The notes under the pieces: model-generated | Databases searched by the model: none | What the model saw: only the letters and a program-made list of their open reading frames with translations | What the model was told of the DNA's origin: nothing | Part shown: positions 17,034 to 27,521 of the stretch, piece after piece | Numbering within the stretch: position 1 is the stretch's first letter | How the letters are laid out: every line of letters starts with the position of its first letter | Position numbers and translations under genes: made by a program | Source: Anaerolineae bacterium | GTDB taxonomy: Bacteria; Chloroflexota; Anaerolineae; B4-G1; DUEL01 | Direction of reading: 5' to 3' | NCBI GenBank assembly: GCA_025060135.1 | Contig: JANXCY010000013.1 | Location: 2,203-66,202 of the forward strand | DNA: 64,000 bases

Positions 17034-18773
17034 ATGTCCAGGATGCTACGGGTCAACATGACTGACCGGACAGTCAAGTACGAAGATGTCCCCGAGCAGT
17101 ACCGCTTACTGGGCGGGCGCGGCCTGACCTCCTCCATCATCTGCGACGAAGTGGACCCCACCTGCCATCCTCTGGGCCCCAACAACAAACTGGTTTTCGC
17201 CCCGGGCATCATCACCGGCACCAATGCGCCTACCTCTGGTCGCGTCTCGGTGGGCGGGAAATCCCCCCTCACCGGCGGCATCAAAGAGTCCAACGCCGGT
17301 AGCGGCTGGCCCCAGTCGGTGGCCAAACTGGGGATCAAGGCCATCATCGTGGAGGGCTACCCCAAGGACGGCGGCTGGTGGGGGCTGCACATCACCAAAG
17401 ACGGTGCCACCTTCTTCCCCGCCAACGAGTACGCCGGTCGGAGCCTCTACGAGGTCTACCCGCTTCTCTTTGAGCGCTTCGGCAAGAAAGTAGACATCTG
17501 CTCCATCGGCGTCGCCGGAGAGATGAAGATGGCCATGGCCGGGGTCTGCTTTAACGACGCGCATGGGCGGCCCAGCCGTTACTCCGGGCGCGGGGGCCTC
17601 GGCGCAGTGATGGGCTCCAAAGGGCTCAAGTTCATCGTCGTGGACGCCACCGGTGGGCCCGGGGTGGAGATCGCCAACCCCGACCTCTTTGAGCAGGGCC
17701 GCAAGAAGATGCTGGAAGCGCTCCGCCAGCACGACATCACCAAGCCCAAAGGCGGCCTGAACACCTACGGTACCGCGATCCTGGTCAACATCCTCAACGA
17801 GGCCGGCGCCTACCCCACCCGTAACTTCCGGGAGGGCCGCTTCGAGGGCGCAGCGGCCACCTCCGGTGAGGCCATCTTTGAGAACAACAAGAAGCGCCTG
17901 GGCAAGGAACTCTACAACCACGCCTGCCACCCCGGCTGCGTGATCCAGTGCTCCAACACCTATTACGACGAGCAGGGGAAGGAACTCGTTTCCTGCATTG
18001 AGTACGAGTCCACCTGGGCGCTGGGAGCCAACTGTGGTATTGACAACCTGGATGCCATCGGCAAACTCATCTGGCTCTGTAACGACTTGGGCATTGACAC
18101 GATTGAAACCGGTGGCACCCTGGGGGTGGCGATGGACGCGGGACTTCTGCCCTTCGGCGACTGGCAGGGAGCCATTCGCTTGCTGGATGAGGACATCCGC
18201 AAGGGCACTCCGCTGGGTCGCATCCTGGGCAACGGCGCTGCCTTCACTGGCCAGGCCTTCGGCTGGCACCGGGTCCCTGGCGTGAAGGGACAGAATATGC
18301 CCGCCTACGAGCCGCGCGCCATCAAGGGCATCGGCGTTACCTACGCCACCTCCACCATGGGCGCTGACCACACCGCTGGCTACACCATCGCGCCGGAGAT
18401 CCTGGGCGTGAGCGGTAAGGCCGATCCGCGCGATGTCAAGAAGGCCGACCTCTCCCGCAACTTCCAGGTCGCCACCGCCTTCATTGACTCCACCGGCCAC
18501 TGCCTCTTCATCGCTTTCGCCATCCTGGACATCCCCAGCGGCTTTGAGGGCATGGTGGAAGAGTGCGCGGGCGTCCTGGGCGTGGACTGGACACCGGATG
18601 ACGTAACCCGGATCGGCAAAGAGATAATGGAAAAGGAACTGGCCTTCAACCGGGCCGCGGGCTTCACCAAAGCCCACGACCGGATGCCCGAATTCATGAA
18701 GTACGAGCCGCTCCCTCCCCACAACGTCGTCTGGGACGTGCCCGATGAGGAACTGAACGCCGTGTGGTGGTAA
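17034..18773 (+). CDS. aor: Aldehyde:ferredoxin oxidoreductase (tungsten-pterin AOR family)
   Basis: LGGRGL, KSPLTGGIKESNAG, GRGGLGAVMGSKGLK, CHPGCVIQC, EYES, D.GIDTIE, GADHT. Confidence 0.93.
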   Translation: MSRMLRVNMTDRTVKYEDVPEQYRLLGGRGLTSSIICDEVDPTCHPLGPNNKLVFAPGIITGTNAPTSGRVSVGGKSPLTGGIKESNAGSGWPQSVAKLGIKAIIVEGYPKDGGWWGLHITKDGATFFPANEYAGRSLYEVYPLLFERFGKKVDICSIGVAGEMKMAMAGVCFNDAHGRPSRYSGRGGLGAVMGSKGLKFIVVDATGGPGVEIANPDLFEQGRKKMLEALRQHDITKPKGGLNTYGTAILVNILNEAGAYPTRNFREGRFEGAAATSGEAIFENNKKRLGKELYNHACHPGCVIQCSNTYYDEQGKELVSCIEYESTWALGANCGIDNLDAIGKLIWLCNDLGIDTIETGGTLGVAMDAGLLPFGDWQGAIRLLDEDIRKGTPLGRILGNGAAFTGQAFGWHRVPGVKGQNMPAYEPRAIKGIGVTYATSTMGADHTAGYTIAPEILGVSGKADPRDVKKADLSRNFQVATAFIDSTGHCLFIAFAILDIPSGFEGMVEECAGVLGVDWTPDDVTRIGKEIMEKELAFNRAAGFTKAHDRMPEFMKYEPLPPHNVVWDVPDEELNAVWW

Positions 18774-19009
18774 ACCCAGTACCCCCAGCGCCGGGTGCTG
18801 GCCCCATAGCCAGCATCAAAGCCATACCTTTTCCCTGCGGCGGCGGTGCCGTTGCAGGGAAAATGTTTTCTTTACATACCCCTATCCCCTGCTGAGATAG
18901 ATGTCCCCACCGAATCCAACCTAGGATCAGGAGCACCTGTTGCGGTTTCCGGTACGTGTGGTAAAATATATGATTGCCAGATGGACGGGTACGATACACG
19001 GAGGGCCCA

Positions 19010-19354
19010 ATGCCGGTCTCAAACGAGGAACTGAGAAACTGCCTGCTTCAAGAACGGGCATACCTGCTGGAACAGGTAACCCGACCTGGCGACCATGAGT
19101 ATCGCAGCGCCGGATACGGCAACCACATCGCCGATGATGCCACCGAGACCTTTGAACAGGCCAAAGAGGTCTCCCTTCACCGGAATGAGACCTCTTTACT
19201 CTGGCTGGTAGAGCATGCCCTGGCGAAGTTTGAACTGGGCACCTATGGCATCTGCGAGGCATGTGGCGCCCCGATTGACCGGGCCCGCTTGAAAGCCCTC
19301 CCCTACGCGCTGTACTGTCTGGACTGTCAGGCTCAGATGGAGCAGCGGCGGTAG
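19010..19354 (+). CDS. TraR/DksA-family C4 zinc-finger protein
   Basis: NHIADDA coiled-coil tip; GTYGICEACG.PI...RL.ALP.A.YCLDCQ. Confidence 0.88.
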   Translation: MPVSNEELRNCLLQERAYLLEQVTRPGDHEYRSAGYGNHIADDATETFEQAKEVSLHRNETSLLWLVEHALAKFELGTYGICEACGAPIDRARLKALPYALYCLDCQAQMEQRR

Positions 19355-19367
19355 GCGCGCTGTCGGG

Positions 19368-19889
19368 GTGGCCTCCAGAGGTGCTTCGTTGTCCGGCCTC
19401 AAAAACCTGATTCTGATCACCATCGCCGCGCTGACCGTGGCCCTGGACCAGGCCACCAAATCCTGGATTGTGGCTCACATGAGCCTGGGAGAATCCAGAG
19501 AAGTGGCCCCATGGCTGAACGCCATTTTCTCCCTGACCTATGTCACCAACACCGGTATCGCCTTCGGCCTGTTCCAGGGTCTGGGTGATGTCCTCCTGAT
19601 CGTCGCCCTGCTCGCTGTCGGCGCGATGTTTATCTACTACCGCCACCTCCCCCCCGGTCCTCTTCTGCTCCCTATCGCCCTGGGCCTTCAACTGGGTGGC
19701 GCCCTGGGCAATCTGATAGACCGTCTGACCCGAGGGGCCGTAGTGGATTTCATTGACCTGAATTTCTGGCCCCTCCATCACTGGCCGATTTTCAACCTGG
19801 CGGATGCCAGCATCGTAACCGGCGTGGCCCTTCTGGTGTTAATGATACTGAGCAAGAAAGACCGCCGGGAGCCGCTGGCTCCAACATGA
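19368..19889 (+). CDS. lspA: Lipoprotein signal peptidase II
   Basis: LDQATK, NTGIAFG, GGALGNLIDR, VVDFID, IFNLAD. Confidence 0.93.
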   Translation: MASRGASLSGLKNLILITIAALTVALDQATKSWIVAHMSLGESREVAPWLNAIFSLTYVTNTGIAFGLFQGLGDVLLIVALLAVGAMFIYYRHLPPGPLLLPIALGLQLGGALGNLIDRLTRGAVVDFIDLNFWPLHHWPIFNLADASIVTGVALLVLMILSKKDRREPLAPT

Positions 19890-20818
19890 CTATGGCAACG
19901 CCCTCCTGCGGAGAGGTCTCTTTCGTCGTCTCTTCCGAAGAAGCGGGAGAACGGCTGGACCGGGCCTTGGTCGCCCGGTTCCCGGACCTCAGTCGCGCCC
20001 AACTCCAGCGGCTGGTCCGCTCCGGCGCCGTTACCGTCAACGACTCCACCGTCCGGCCGGCTCACCGGCTCACGCTCGGCGACCGGGTCGCCATCACCTT
20101 CCCGGAGGAACCGACGGTCCGCCCCGAAGCCCTCCCGCTGACCATCGTCTACGAGGACGACTACCTGCTGGTAGTGGACAAACCGGCGGGAATGGTAGTT
20201 CACCCGGCTGCCCGGCTGGTCAGCGGCACCCTGGTCAATGCCTTGCTGGCCCACTGCCCCCAACTCGCCAGCGTGGGTGGACCGGACCGGGCAGGCATCG
20301 TCCATCGCCTGGACCGGGAGACCTCGGGGCTCATCGTGGTGGCCAAACATCCGGAGATCCACGCGGCCCTCCAGCGACAGTTCCAACGCCGCCGGGTGCG
20401 TAAAACCTACGTGGCCCTGGTAGAGGGACAAGTCCACCCCCGCGAAGGCATCATTGACGTCCCCATCGGCCGGGACCCGAGAGATCGGACCCGGATGATG
20501 GCCTCCCGAACAGGCCGCCCGGCTATCACTCAGTACCGGGGGGTGGAATTCTTCCCCCACTACACCCTGCTGGAAGTACGTCCGCACACCGGTCGGACCC
20601 ATCAGATTCGGGTGCACCTGGCCTGGCTGGGCTACCCGGTGGTCGGCGATCGGGTCTACGGGCGGCGACACCAGCCGTTGCTCCCGGACCGTCATTTCCT
20701 GCATGCCCGCGACCTGGCCTTTACCCATCCGGTTACGGGGAAGCCCCTCTCCCTTTCCGCGCCCCTGCCCCCCGAATTGACCGCGATCCTGACCCGGCTG
20801 CGGCGAGAGAAGTCATAG
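19886..20818 (+). CDS. rluD: RluA/RluD-family pseudouridine synthase
   Basis: S4 domain, DKPAGMVVHP, HRLDRETSG, TGRTHQIRVH, GD.VYG. Confidence 0.88.
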   Translation: MTMATPSCGEVSFVVSSEEAGERLDRALVARFPDLSRAQLQRLVRSGAVTVNDSTVRPAHRLTLGDRVAITFPEEPTVRPEALPLTIVYEDDYLLVVDKPAGMVVHPAARLVSGTLVNALLAHCPQLASVGGPDRAGIVHRLDRETSGLIVVAKHPEIHAALQRQFQRRRVRKTYVALVEGQVHPREGIIDVPIGRDPRDRTRMMASRTGRPAITQYRGVEFFPHYTLLEVRPHTGRTHQIRVHLAWLGYPVVGDRVYGRRHQPLLPDRHFLHARDLAFTHPVTGKPLSLSAPLPPELTAILTRLRREKS

Positions 20819-20850
20819 CACCCCGCGCGGCAAGAAAGGAGAATCCGCCC

Positions 20851-21732
20851 ATGTCCGAAGACCTACTCCAACGGGTTGCTCCGCCTCCCGAGCCCGCCAG
20901 CCCGGGCCTGCGGCTGCGGACCGCCCGGGAGGCCCGGGGGCTATCACTGCAGGAGGTGGAAGCCGCCACCCGCATTCGCGCCCGCTACCTGGAAGCCCTG
21001 GAGACGGGGCAGTACAACGTGATGCCCGGCGGAGAGGCCCAGGTGCGTGGATTCCTGCGCCGCTACGCCACCTTTCTGAACATCCCCCCGGAAGAAATCA
21101 TCGCCCTCTATGACCGGGAACATCAGCGGGAACCCGCCCCCTCCGCGCCTCCTCCAGCCCGACCCGGAGCCCCCTGGGGCCCCCGGATGGCTTCAACCCG
21201 CCAGCCGGTCCAACGGCCGCGTCCGGAAACGGCGGGGCGCCAGCCCCGAATGGTGGTCTTGCTAAGCCTGATAGCGTTGATCGGAGCCATCGCCCTGGGA
21301 GGGACATGGCTGATGACCCACCCGGGGCGATTTTTTTCCGGCTCCCGGGCCACACCGACCGTCGGCGCCTTCCGTCCCCCCGCATTCCCCTCTCCTATGG
21401 CCACGGCCCCCCTGGCCTCGCCGACCCCTGTTCCCACCCCCGCGCCGCCCCCTACCTTCCCCGTCTCCACCGACGCCGTAACCGTTACTCTGGAAGCGCG
21501 CGAGCACGTCTGGGTCCGGGTGACGGTGGACGGCTTCACTGCTTTTGAGGGCATGCTCTCCCCCGACAACCCCCGGACATGGATAGGACAGGAAATGGTG
21601 GTGGTGGAGACCGGCAACGGGGCCGGGGTGGTCGCCGTGGTGAACGGCCAGTCCCAGGGCCCCCTCTGCGGGCGCGGCGAGGTCTGCACCCGGGGGTGGG
21701 AACCCACCGGGGAAATCCCGCTCCAGAGATGA
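20851..21732 (+). CDS. rodZ: RodZ-like protein (HTH - TM - Pro/Thr linker - DUF4115)
   Basis: AREARGLSL.EV..ATRIR.RYLEALE, RGFLRRYA, one TM helix, VWVRVTVDG, TGNG.GV..VNG. Confidence 0.75.
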   Translation: MSEDLLQRVAPPPEPASPGLRLRTAREARGLSLQEVEAATRIRARYLEALETGQYNVMPGGEAQVRGFLRRYATFLNIPPEEIIALYDREHQREPAPSAPPPARPGAPWGPRMASTRQPVQRPRPETAGRQPRMVVLLSLIALIGAIALGGTWLMTHPGRFFSGSRATPTVGAFRPPAFPSPMATAPLASPTPVPTPAPPPTFPVSTDAVTVTLEAREHVWVRVTVDGFTAFEGMLSPDNPRTWIGQEMVVVETGNGAGVVAVVNGQSQGPLCGRGEVCTRGWEPTGEIPLQR

Positions 21733-21759
21733 GCCGCCCCCAACCCACCTGGAGGCCCT

Positions 21760-22017
21760 ATGACCGCAAAGGGAATGGTCATCATAGACGAAAACCGATG
21801 TAAAGGATGCGGGCTCTGCCTTGCCGTCTGCCCGGTCCACATCCTGAAACTGGCCGACGGTCGGTTCAACACCCGGGGCTACCGGCCTGTAGAAATAACG
21901 GACCCCGAAGCCTGTACCGGTTGCGCCATGTGCGCCATCATCTGCCCCGACGTGGTCTTTACCGTCTACCGCCGCAGGGCCCGTCGTGGGCAACCCGCTC
22001 CCCCCCCGACCGGTTGA
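21760..22017 (+). CDS. 2x[4Fe-4S] delta subunit of a 2-oxoacid:ferredoxin oxidoreductase
   Basis: [12 protein letters not shown] and [13 protein letters not shown]. Confidence 0.92.
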   Translation: MTAKGMVIIDENRCKGCGLCLAVCPVHILKLADGRFNTRGYRPVEITDPEACTGCAMCAIICPDVVFTVYRRRARRGQPAPPPTG

Positions 22018-22048
22018 CAGGCTGGACACCTCCTTGGAGCGAGTACCT

Positions 22049-23110
22049 ATGGCCAGAGAACTGTGGGAAGGGAATATGGCCATCGCGGAGGCCGCCGTTC
22101 GGGCAGGATTGGAGGCCTTCTTTGGTTACCCCATTACCCCTCAAACCGAGATCTTAGAGTATCTCTCTCGCCGTCTACCCGAACTGGGACGGGTCTTTCT
22201 GCAGGCCGAGAGCGAGGTGGCTTCCATCAATATGGTCTACGGCGCCGCCTGTGCCGGTGCCCGGGTGATGACTTCTTCCTCCAGCCCCGGCATCAGCCTG
22301 ATGCAGGAGGGGTTCTCGTATATCGCCTGCTCCGAAGTCCCCGCCGTTGTGGTGAACCTGATGCGGGGCGGGCCCGGCCTGGGGAATGTGGCCCCCTCTC
22401 AGGGAGACTACTTTCAAGCCGTGAAGATGGCCGGACATGGCGACTTCCACCCCATCGTCCTGGCCCCGGGCAGCATCCAGGAAGCGATTGACCTGACCAT
22501 CCTGGCCTTTGACCTGGCGGATCGGTATCGCACCCTGGCAATGATTGTCGCGGACGGGTCCCTGGGCCAGATGATGGAACCCGCCGAGATGCCCCCGATG
22601 CGCCCCGTCCGTCCGCCCGGTGAGCGCCCCCCCTGGGCGCTCACCGGGGCTCGGGGCCGCCTGCCCAATGTGATTACTTCCCTCTACCTGGCGGAAGAAG
22701 ACCTGGAACAGGTCAATCTGCGCCTGCAGGCCAAACTGCGTCGAATTGCGGCGAACGAAGTCCGCTGGAAGGAGTACGCCACCGACGACGCCGAACTGCT
22801 CATAGTGGCCTTCGGCACAGTGGGGCGGATCTGCCAGACGGTGGTGCGGGAAGCCCGGGCTAAAGGCTTGAAAGCCGGCCTCCTGCGCCCGGTTACCCTC
22901 TGGCCCTTCCCCTCGACCCGTATCGCCGAACTGGCTGCGCGAGTGCGAGGAATGCTGGTCGTGGAGATGAACGCCGGGCAGATGCTGGAGGACGTCCGAC
23001 TGGCAGTGGAGGCCCGCTGCCCCGTCCGCTTCTACGGCCGGCTGGGCGGCATGATCCCCCTGCCGGATGAGATTCTGCCCCAACTGGAAGCAATGGACGC
23101 GGAGGTATGA
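22049..23110 (+). CDS. vorB: 2-oxoisovalerate:ferredoxin oxidoreductase-type alpha subunit (VorB)
   Basis: [52 protein letters not shown]. Confidence 0.85.
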   Translation: MARELWEGNMAIAEAAVRAGLEAFFGYPITPQTEILEYLSRRLPELGRVFLQAESEVASINMVYGAACAGARVMTSSSSPGISLMQEGFSYIACSEVPAVVVNLMRGGPGLGNVAPSQGDYFQAVKMAGHGDFHPIVLAPGSIQEAIDLTILAFDLADRYRTLAMIVADGSLGQMMEPAEMPPMRPVRPPGERPPWALTGARGRLPNVITSLYLAEEDLEQVNLRLQAKLRRIAANEVRWKEYATDDAELLIVAFGTVGRICQTVVREARAKGLKAGLLRPVTLWPFPSTRIAELAARVRGMLVVEMNAGQMLEDVRLAVEARCPVRFYGRLGGMIPLPDEILPQLEAMDAEV

Positions 23111-23905
23111 ATGGCCACCGGACAGGACATCCCTCCCGATATGGAACCGGTCTACCAGTACCCGGAAAGTTTGACCTCCCGGTTCACCCACTACTGCCCC
23201 GGCTGTACCCATGGGGTTATCCATCGGCTCATCGCCGAAGTGATTGACGAACTGGGCATCCGGGAGCGGACGGTCGGCGTGGCGCCGGTGGGGTGCGCGG
23301 TGCTGGCGTACGATTACTTCAACCTGGACTTCTGCGAGGCAGCCCACGGACGGGCTCCAGCAATGGCGACCGGCATCAAACGAGTCAGTCCGGATACGGT
23401 GGTCTTCACCTACCAGGGGGACGGCGACCTGGCGGCCATCGGCACCGCGGAGATCATCCATGCCGCCAACCGGGGAGAACTCATCACCACCATCTTCGTC
23501 AACAACGCCATCTACGGGATGACCGGCGGGCAAATGGCCCCCACCACCCTACCCGGCCAGGTTACCACCTCTTCCCCCGGTGGGCGGGACGTCCGGATGG
23601 CCGGCTGGCCCATCAAAATGGCCGAACTGATCGGGGTGCTCCCCGGCGCTGCCTACGTTACCCGACAGGCTGTGTTAGACGTACCCGGAATCCGACGCGC
23701 CAAACAGGCCATCCGACTGGCTTTCCGAGTCCAACTGGCCGGCCTGGGTTTCTCTATGGTGGAAATCCTTTCCACCTGCAACACCAACTGGGGACTCTCG
23801 CCGCTGGAGGCGCTGGAATGGGCAAAGGCCCACATGGTCCCCTATTACCCCCTGGGGGACACCAAGGTGGCCGACGCAGTACGCGCGCTGATGGAGCAAG
23901 CATAG
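23111..23905 (+). CDS. 2-oxoacid:ferredoxin oxidoreductase beta (TPP-binding) subunit
   Basis: [28 protein letters not shown]...[11 protein letters not shown]. Confidence 0.9.
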   Translation: MATGQDIPPDMEPVYQYPESLTSRFTHYCPGCTHGVIHRLIAEVIDELGIRERTVGVAPVGCAVLAYDYFNLDFCEAAHGRAPAMATGIKRVSPDTVVFTYQGDGDLAAIGTAEIIHAANRGELITTIFVNNAIYGMTGGQMAPTTLPGQVTTSSPGGRDVRMAGWPIKMAELIGVLPGAAYVTRQAVLDVPGIRRAKQAIRLAFRVQLAGLGFSMVEILSTCNTNWGLSPLEALEWAKAHMVPYYPLGDTKVADAVRALMEQA

Positions 23906-23947
23906 CCCAGGCCGTCAGGCCTGTATCCTCCCCCAACGGAGACGCAC

Positions 23948-24487
23948 ATGCAGGAAGAAATCCTTATCTCCGGCTTTGGCGGTCAGGGAACCCTTTTTGC
24001 CGGACAGATGCTGGCCTACGCGGCTATGGACGCGGGATTCCACGTTACCTGGATTCCCTCCTACGGCCCGGAAATTCGCGGTGGCCGGTCCCGCTGTACC
24101 GTGATCATCTCGGACCAAGAAATCGGTTCCCCCCTGGTCCGCCACCCCAGCGCGGCCATTGTGATGAGCATCCCCTCCATGGAAGCCTTTGAGCCCGCTG
24201 TCCGACCCGGAGGAGTGCTGGTGGTCAACGCTTCCCTGATCCCTATGCGGAGCCAGCGCCCGGACCTCCGCGTCCTCTACGTCCCGGCGCTGGAAATGGC
24301 AATGGAACTGGGGAGCACCCGGGTGGCCAATATGATCTGTCTGGGCGCGCTGGTACAAGCCATGAGCATCCTGCCGCTGGAAACCATAGAACAGGCCATG
24401 GATCGTTACCTGGGAGAACCACATCGGCAGTGGCTTTCGCTGAACAAGGAGGCTCTGCGGCGAGGAGCATCCCTGGCGATGCAGTAG
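23948..24487 (+). CDS. 2-oxoacid:ferredoxin oxidoreductase gamma subunit
   Basis: SGFGGQG, W.PSYGPE.RGG, ANM..LGA, N.EAL.RG. Confidence 0.9.
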   Translation: MQEEILISGFGGQGTLFAGQMLAYAAMDAGFHVTWIPSYGPEIRGGRSRCTVIISDQEIGSPLVRHPSAAIVMSIPSMEAFEPAVRPGGVLVVNASLIPMRSQRPDLRVLYVPALEMAMELGSTRVANMICLGALVQAMSILPLETIEQAMDRYLGEPHRQWLSLNKEALRRGASLAMQ

Positions 24488-24508
24488 ACACCATAGGGGA
24501 AAACCAGG

Positions 24509-24604
24509 CGGGAGTGGATGGGAGTCGAACCCACCGCGGCCCGCTCTGCGCGACCCGCCACCGGTTTTGAAGACCGGGAGGCCCACCGGGACCCAACCAC
24601 CCCC
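24509..24604 (-). tRNA. selC: tRNA-Sec (UCA anticodon)
   Basis: 96 nt; 8-bp acceptor stem GGGGGTGG/CCACTCCC, G discriminator, anticodon loop CT-TCA-AA in a CCGGT/ACCGG stem, long variable arm, GGTTCGACTCC T-arm; own promoter TTGACG, 17 nt, TATGAT (24645-24617). Confidence 0.93.
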
Positions 24605-24657
24605 GCAGACAGTTCTATCATAATCGAAATAGCCCATTCCGTCAAGGTGAACGCGCG

Positions 24658-26910
24658 ATGGCGATGAATGACCATACGCTCTCCTGGCCCACCGGCCCTG
24701 TCCTTCGGAACGTCGCCGCCCTCGTCCGCTACCGGATCGGCGAGACCTCCTCCACCCTGCGCCTGACCGAACCGAACTGCCCGATCCAGGCTCCCGGCCT
24801 CCAAGCCTTCTGGCGACAGGAACCGGCTCCCAACGGCTACCAGTTCTGGCTGGAACTGACCGCCTCCGGCGAGGCCCCCATCTATCTGGAGACCACGGAC
24901 GTCCTGACGGCTCGGGCCCCCGACCTGGGCGCGCCCCCGGCAACCTGGCGCGTCTATCAAAACGGCTGGCAATCGTGGAGCCCCACCTTCGTCCGCCACC
25001 TGGAGGGCACCCGCTACGCGGACCCGGGCACCCCGGAATACCGCGCTGCCCATCAGCCCCACTGGGAGCCCGACTACGATGGCCTGATTTCCTCTGAATG
25101 GGTGGCCGTCCTCTTCGCCCCACCCGCTACTGCCCTCCTCCTGGGCTTCCTCACCGCGAAGGACCAACTGGCGGAAATCCGCCTGCGCGCCGATGGTTCC
25201 GAACTGACCGCGCGCTGCCACCTGGACAGCGTCCTCCTGGCCCCCGGCGCCTCCCTGCGGACAGAGGTCCTGTGGGTAGCGGCCGGGCCCGACCCCCTGC
25301 GACTGCTGGAAGCGTGGGCGGAGGCCATTGCCCGGGAAATGGGAGCACGGGCCCCTCATCCCACCATCGGCGGCGAAGCCGCCACCGAAGGGGCCAGGGG
25401 GAGAGGGGAGAGCCCCCCCACCGGCTGGTGCACCTGGTACTACTTCTACGGTGAGAATACCGCCGACGATATCCTGGATAACCTGCGCGCCATCGCCAAC
25501 CACCGCCTGCCACTGGACGTCATCCTCATTGACGATGGCTACCAAACGGCCATTGGGGACTGGTTCTCCATCCAAACCGACAAATTCCCCGACGGGATGG
25601 AGCCCGTCGCCGAGGCTGTCCGCGCCGCTGGACACCGGCTGGGCATCTGGACCGCGCCCTTCGGCGCAGCAGCGACGTCTCAACTCTTCGCCACGCATCC
25701 CGATTGGGTCGTGCGGGATGAGAGCGGCGCTCCCGTCGTCGGCTGGGTCCATTGGGGCGTGCCCTGCTACGCCCTGGACTGCACCCATCCGGAAGTCCTG
25801 GCCTGGCTGGAGGAGACCTTCCGGCGGATGCGCCGGGAGTGGGGGGCGACGTTCTTTAAGATAGACTTCCTCTTCGCCGCCGCGCGGCCGGGCCGCCGGT
25901 ACGACCCCACCGCCACCCGTGCGCAGGCCCTGCGGCGAGGCGTGGAGGCCATCCGCAACGCCATCGGAGACGACGCCTTCCTCCTGGGCTGTGGCGCGCC
26001 CCTGGGCCCGTGTATCGGCCTGGTGGACGGCATGCGCATCGGCACCGACGTGGACCCAAACTGGCATCCTATCTTCCGCTACGACCTTTCAGCGGTCTCC
26101 ACCGAGAACGCGCTCCGCAACAGCATCACCCGCGCGCCGTTCCATAACCGCCTCTGGCTCAACGACCCGGATTGCCTCCTGGTCCGCCAGCGGGGCCCGG
26201 ACCTGGACCTGGTCCTTAACGAAGTGCGCACCCTGACCGCTGTCATCGCCCTGCTGGGAGGGCTCACCATCAACTCGGACAACCTGGCCCTCATCCGTCC
26301 GGGACGGCTCAAATATCTCCGGCAGGCGCTCCCGCCCACGGGCATCTCCGCCCGACCGCTGGACCTCTTTGAGCACGAGATGCCCCGCTTGCTCCTCCTG
26401 CCGGTGGAGCGGGATTGGGGCCGCTGGTGGGTAGCGGGAGTCATCAACTGGGAAGACCGTACCGTGGAGACCCCTGTCCGCCTGATCGACCTGGGCCTGC
26501 CCGCCGGGCGTTACCACGTCTTCCACTACTGGCGTCGCCGCTACCTGGGGGTGACGGACGATACAGTGATTCTGCGCCGCCACCAGCCCCACGAGACCGC
26601 CGTCCTGCTCTTGAAACCGGTTTCCGACCGGCCCGACCTGCTGACCACCACCTTTCACGTCTGCCAGGGGGCGGTGGAGGTGGCAGATTGCCGCTGGGAT
26701 GAAACGCACCATCTCCTGTACATTGCACTGGAGAAAGCAGGAGTGCAGTACGGCGAGGTCTGGCTCACGGCGCCGGAACCGTGGGAGACCATAGAGGTCC
26801 GGGTGAACGGCGAACGACACCCCTGGGTCTCTCCGGCCCCGGGTATCCTGCGGATCGGCCTGACCTTGGAAGGGCGCTCGGAAGTTACCGCGAGGTTCCG
26901 GAAACGATGA
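24658..26910 (+). CDS. Glycoside hydrolase family 36 (alpha-galactosidase-like)
   Basis: GWCTWY, IDDGYQ, LDCTHP, FKIDF (nucleophile), RIGTD (acid/base), WLNDPDC. Confidence 0.85.
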   Translation: MAMNDHTLSWPTGPVLRNVAALVRYRIGETSSTLRLTEPNCPIQAPGLQAFWRQEPAPNGYQFWLELTASGEAPIYLETTDVLTARAPDLGAPPATWRVYQNGWQSWSPTFVRHLEGTRYADPGTPEYRAAHQPHWEPDYDGLISSEWVAVLFAPPATALLLGFLTAKDQLAEIRLRADGSELTARCHLDSVLLAPGASLRTEVLWVAAGPDPLRLLEAWAEAIAREMGARAPHPTIGGEAATEGARGRGESPPTGWCTWYYFYGENTADDILDNLRAIANHRLPLDVILIDDGYQTAIGDWFSIQTDKFPDGMEPVAEAVRAAGHRLGIWTAPFGAAATSQLFATHPDWVVRDESGAPVVGWVHWGVPCYALDCTHPEVLAWLEETFRRMRREWGATFFKIDFLFAAARPGRRYDPTATRAQALRRGVEAIRNAIGDDAFLLGCGAPLGPCIGLVDGMRIGTDVDPNWHPIFRYDLSAVSTENALRNSITRAPFHNRLWLNDPDCLLVRQRGPDLDLVLNEVRTLTAVIALLGGLTINSDNLALIRPGRLKYLRQALPPTGISARPLDLFEHEMPRLLLLPVERDWGRWWVAGVINWEDRTVETPVRLIDLGLPAGRYHVFHYWRRRYLGVTDDTVILRRHQPHETAVLLLKPVSDRPDLLTTTFHVCQGAVEVADCRWDETHHLLYIALEKAGVQYGEVWLTAPEPWETIEVRVNGERHPWVSPAPGILRIGLTLEGRSEVTARFRKR

Positions 26911-27491
26911 AACCCTGGCAGACATCGCTCCCGTCCGCCGTGAGCATCGCTCTGCTGGCAGGCGCGGCCCTGGCGCTGTTCAGCAGTGGCCTCTGCCTGG
27001 GCGCCGGGGTTACCTGGACCCTGATGCACCCGGAGCCCCGTCCGGGGCTCCCCGGTCCCGCCGGGTCTGCCCTGGACCATCCGGCCCGACCGGGTGCTGC
27101 AGTCGTGGCCGGCGACCTGGAGATTCGGGTAACCGGTGCGGTCCGCCCGGCGGATGATACTGTAATGAAAGGCAGCATGCTCAACCCCCGACCGGGTCCG
27201 GGCAACGAAATGATCTTGATCAGCCTCTCCATCACCTGCCGCCCAACAGAAGATAACGATCCCTGCAACCTCATCCCGGCGCTGGATTTTCTTCTGGCCA
27301 GCCCCGCTGGCGTGCACCGGCCAAAGTGGCTGGTTACAGGTCTGCCCAACCTGTTGCCAAGTGGTGAGGTTGCTACCGGAGAAACGGTCCTCGGAGACCT
27401 GGTGTTTGAGGTGGGAAAGGAGGAAACCAGATTGGTCTTGGTGTACACCGAGTCATGGGGCAGCCATACGGCATATCTGGCCGTTCCGTAA
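26907..27491 (+). CDS. Membrane-anchored hypothetical protein (DUF4352-like Ig fold)
   Basis: ATGA overlap with the GH36 gene; N-terminal hydrophobic helix; G....GE...G.LVFEV C-terminus. Confidence 0.55.
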   Translation: MKPWQTSLPSAVSIALLAGAALALFSSGLCLGAGVTWTLMHPEPRPGLPGPAGSALDHPARPGAAVVAGDLEIRVTGAVRPADDTVMKGSMLNPRPGPGNEMILISLSITCRPTEDNDPCNLIPALDFLLASPAGVHRPKWLVTGLPNLLPSGEVATGETVLGDLVFEVGKEETRLVLVYTESWGSHTAYLAVP

Positions 27492-27521
27492 TGGTGGGGT
27501 GGTCATTCTGGGAGGTGGGAC

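Noticed and set aside
24490-24660. selC as an island integration site
   Set aside because: No duplicated tRNA 3' end and no integrase; the flanks are ordinary metabolic genes.
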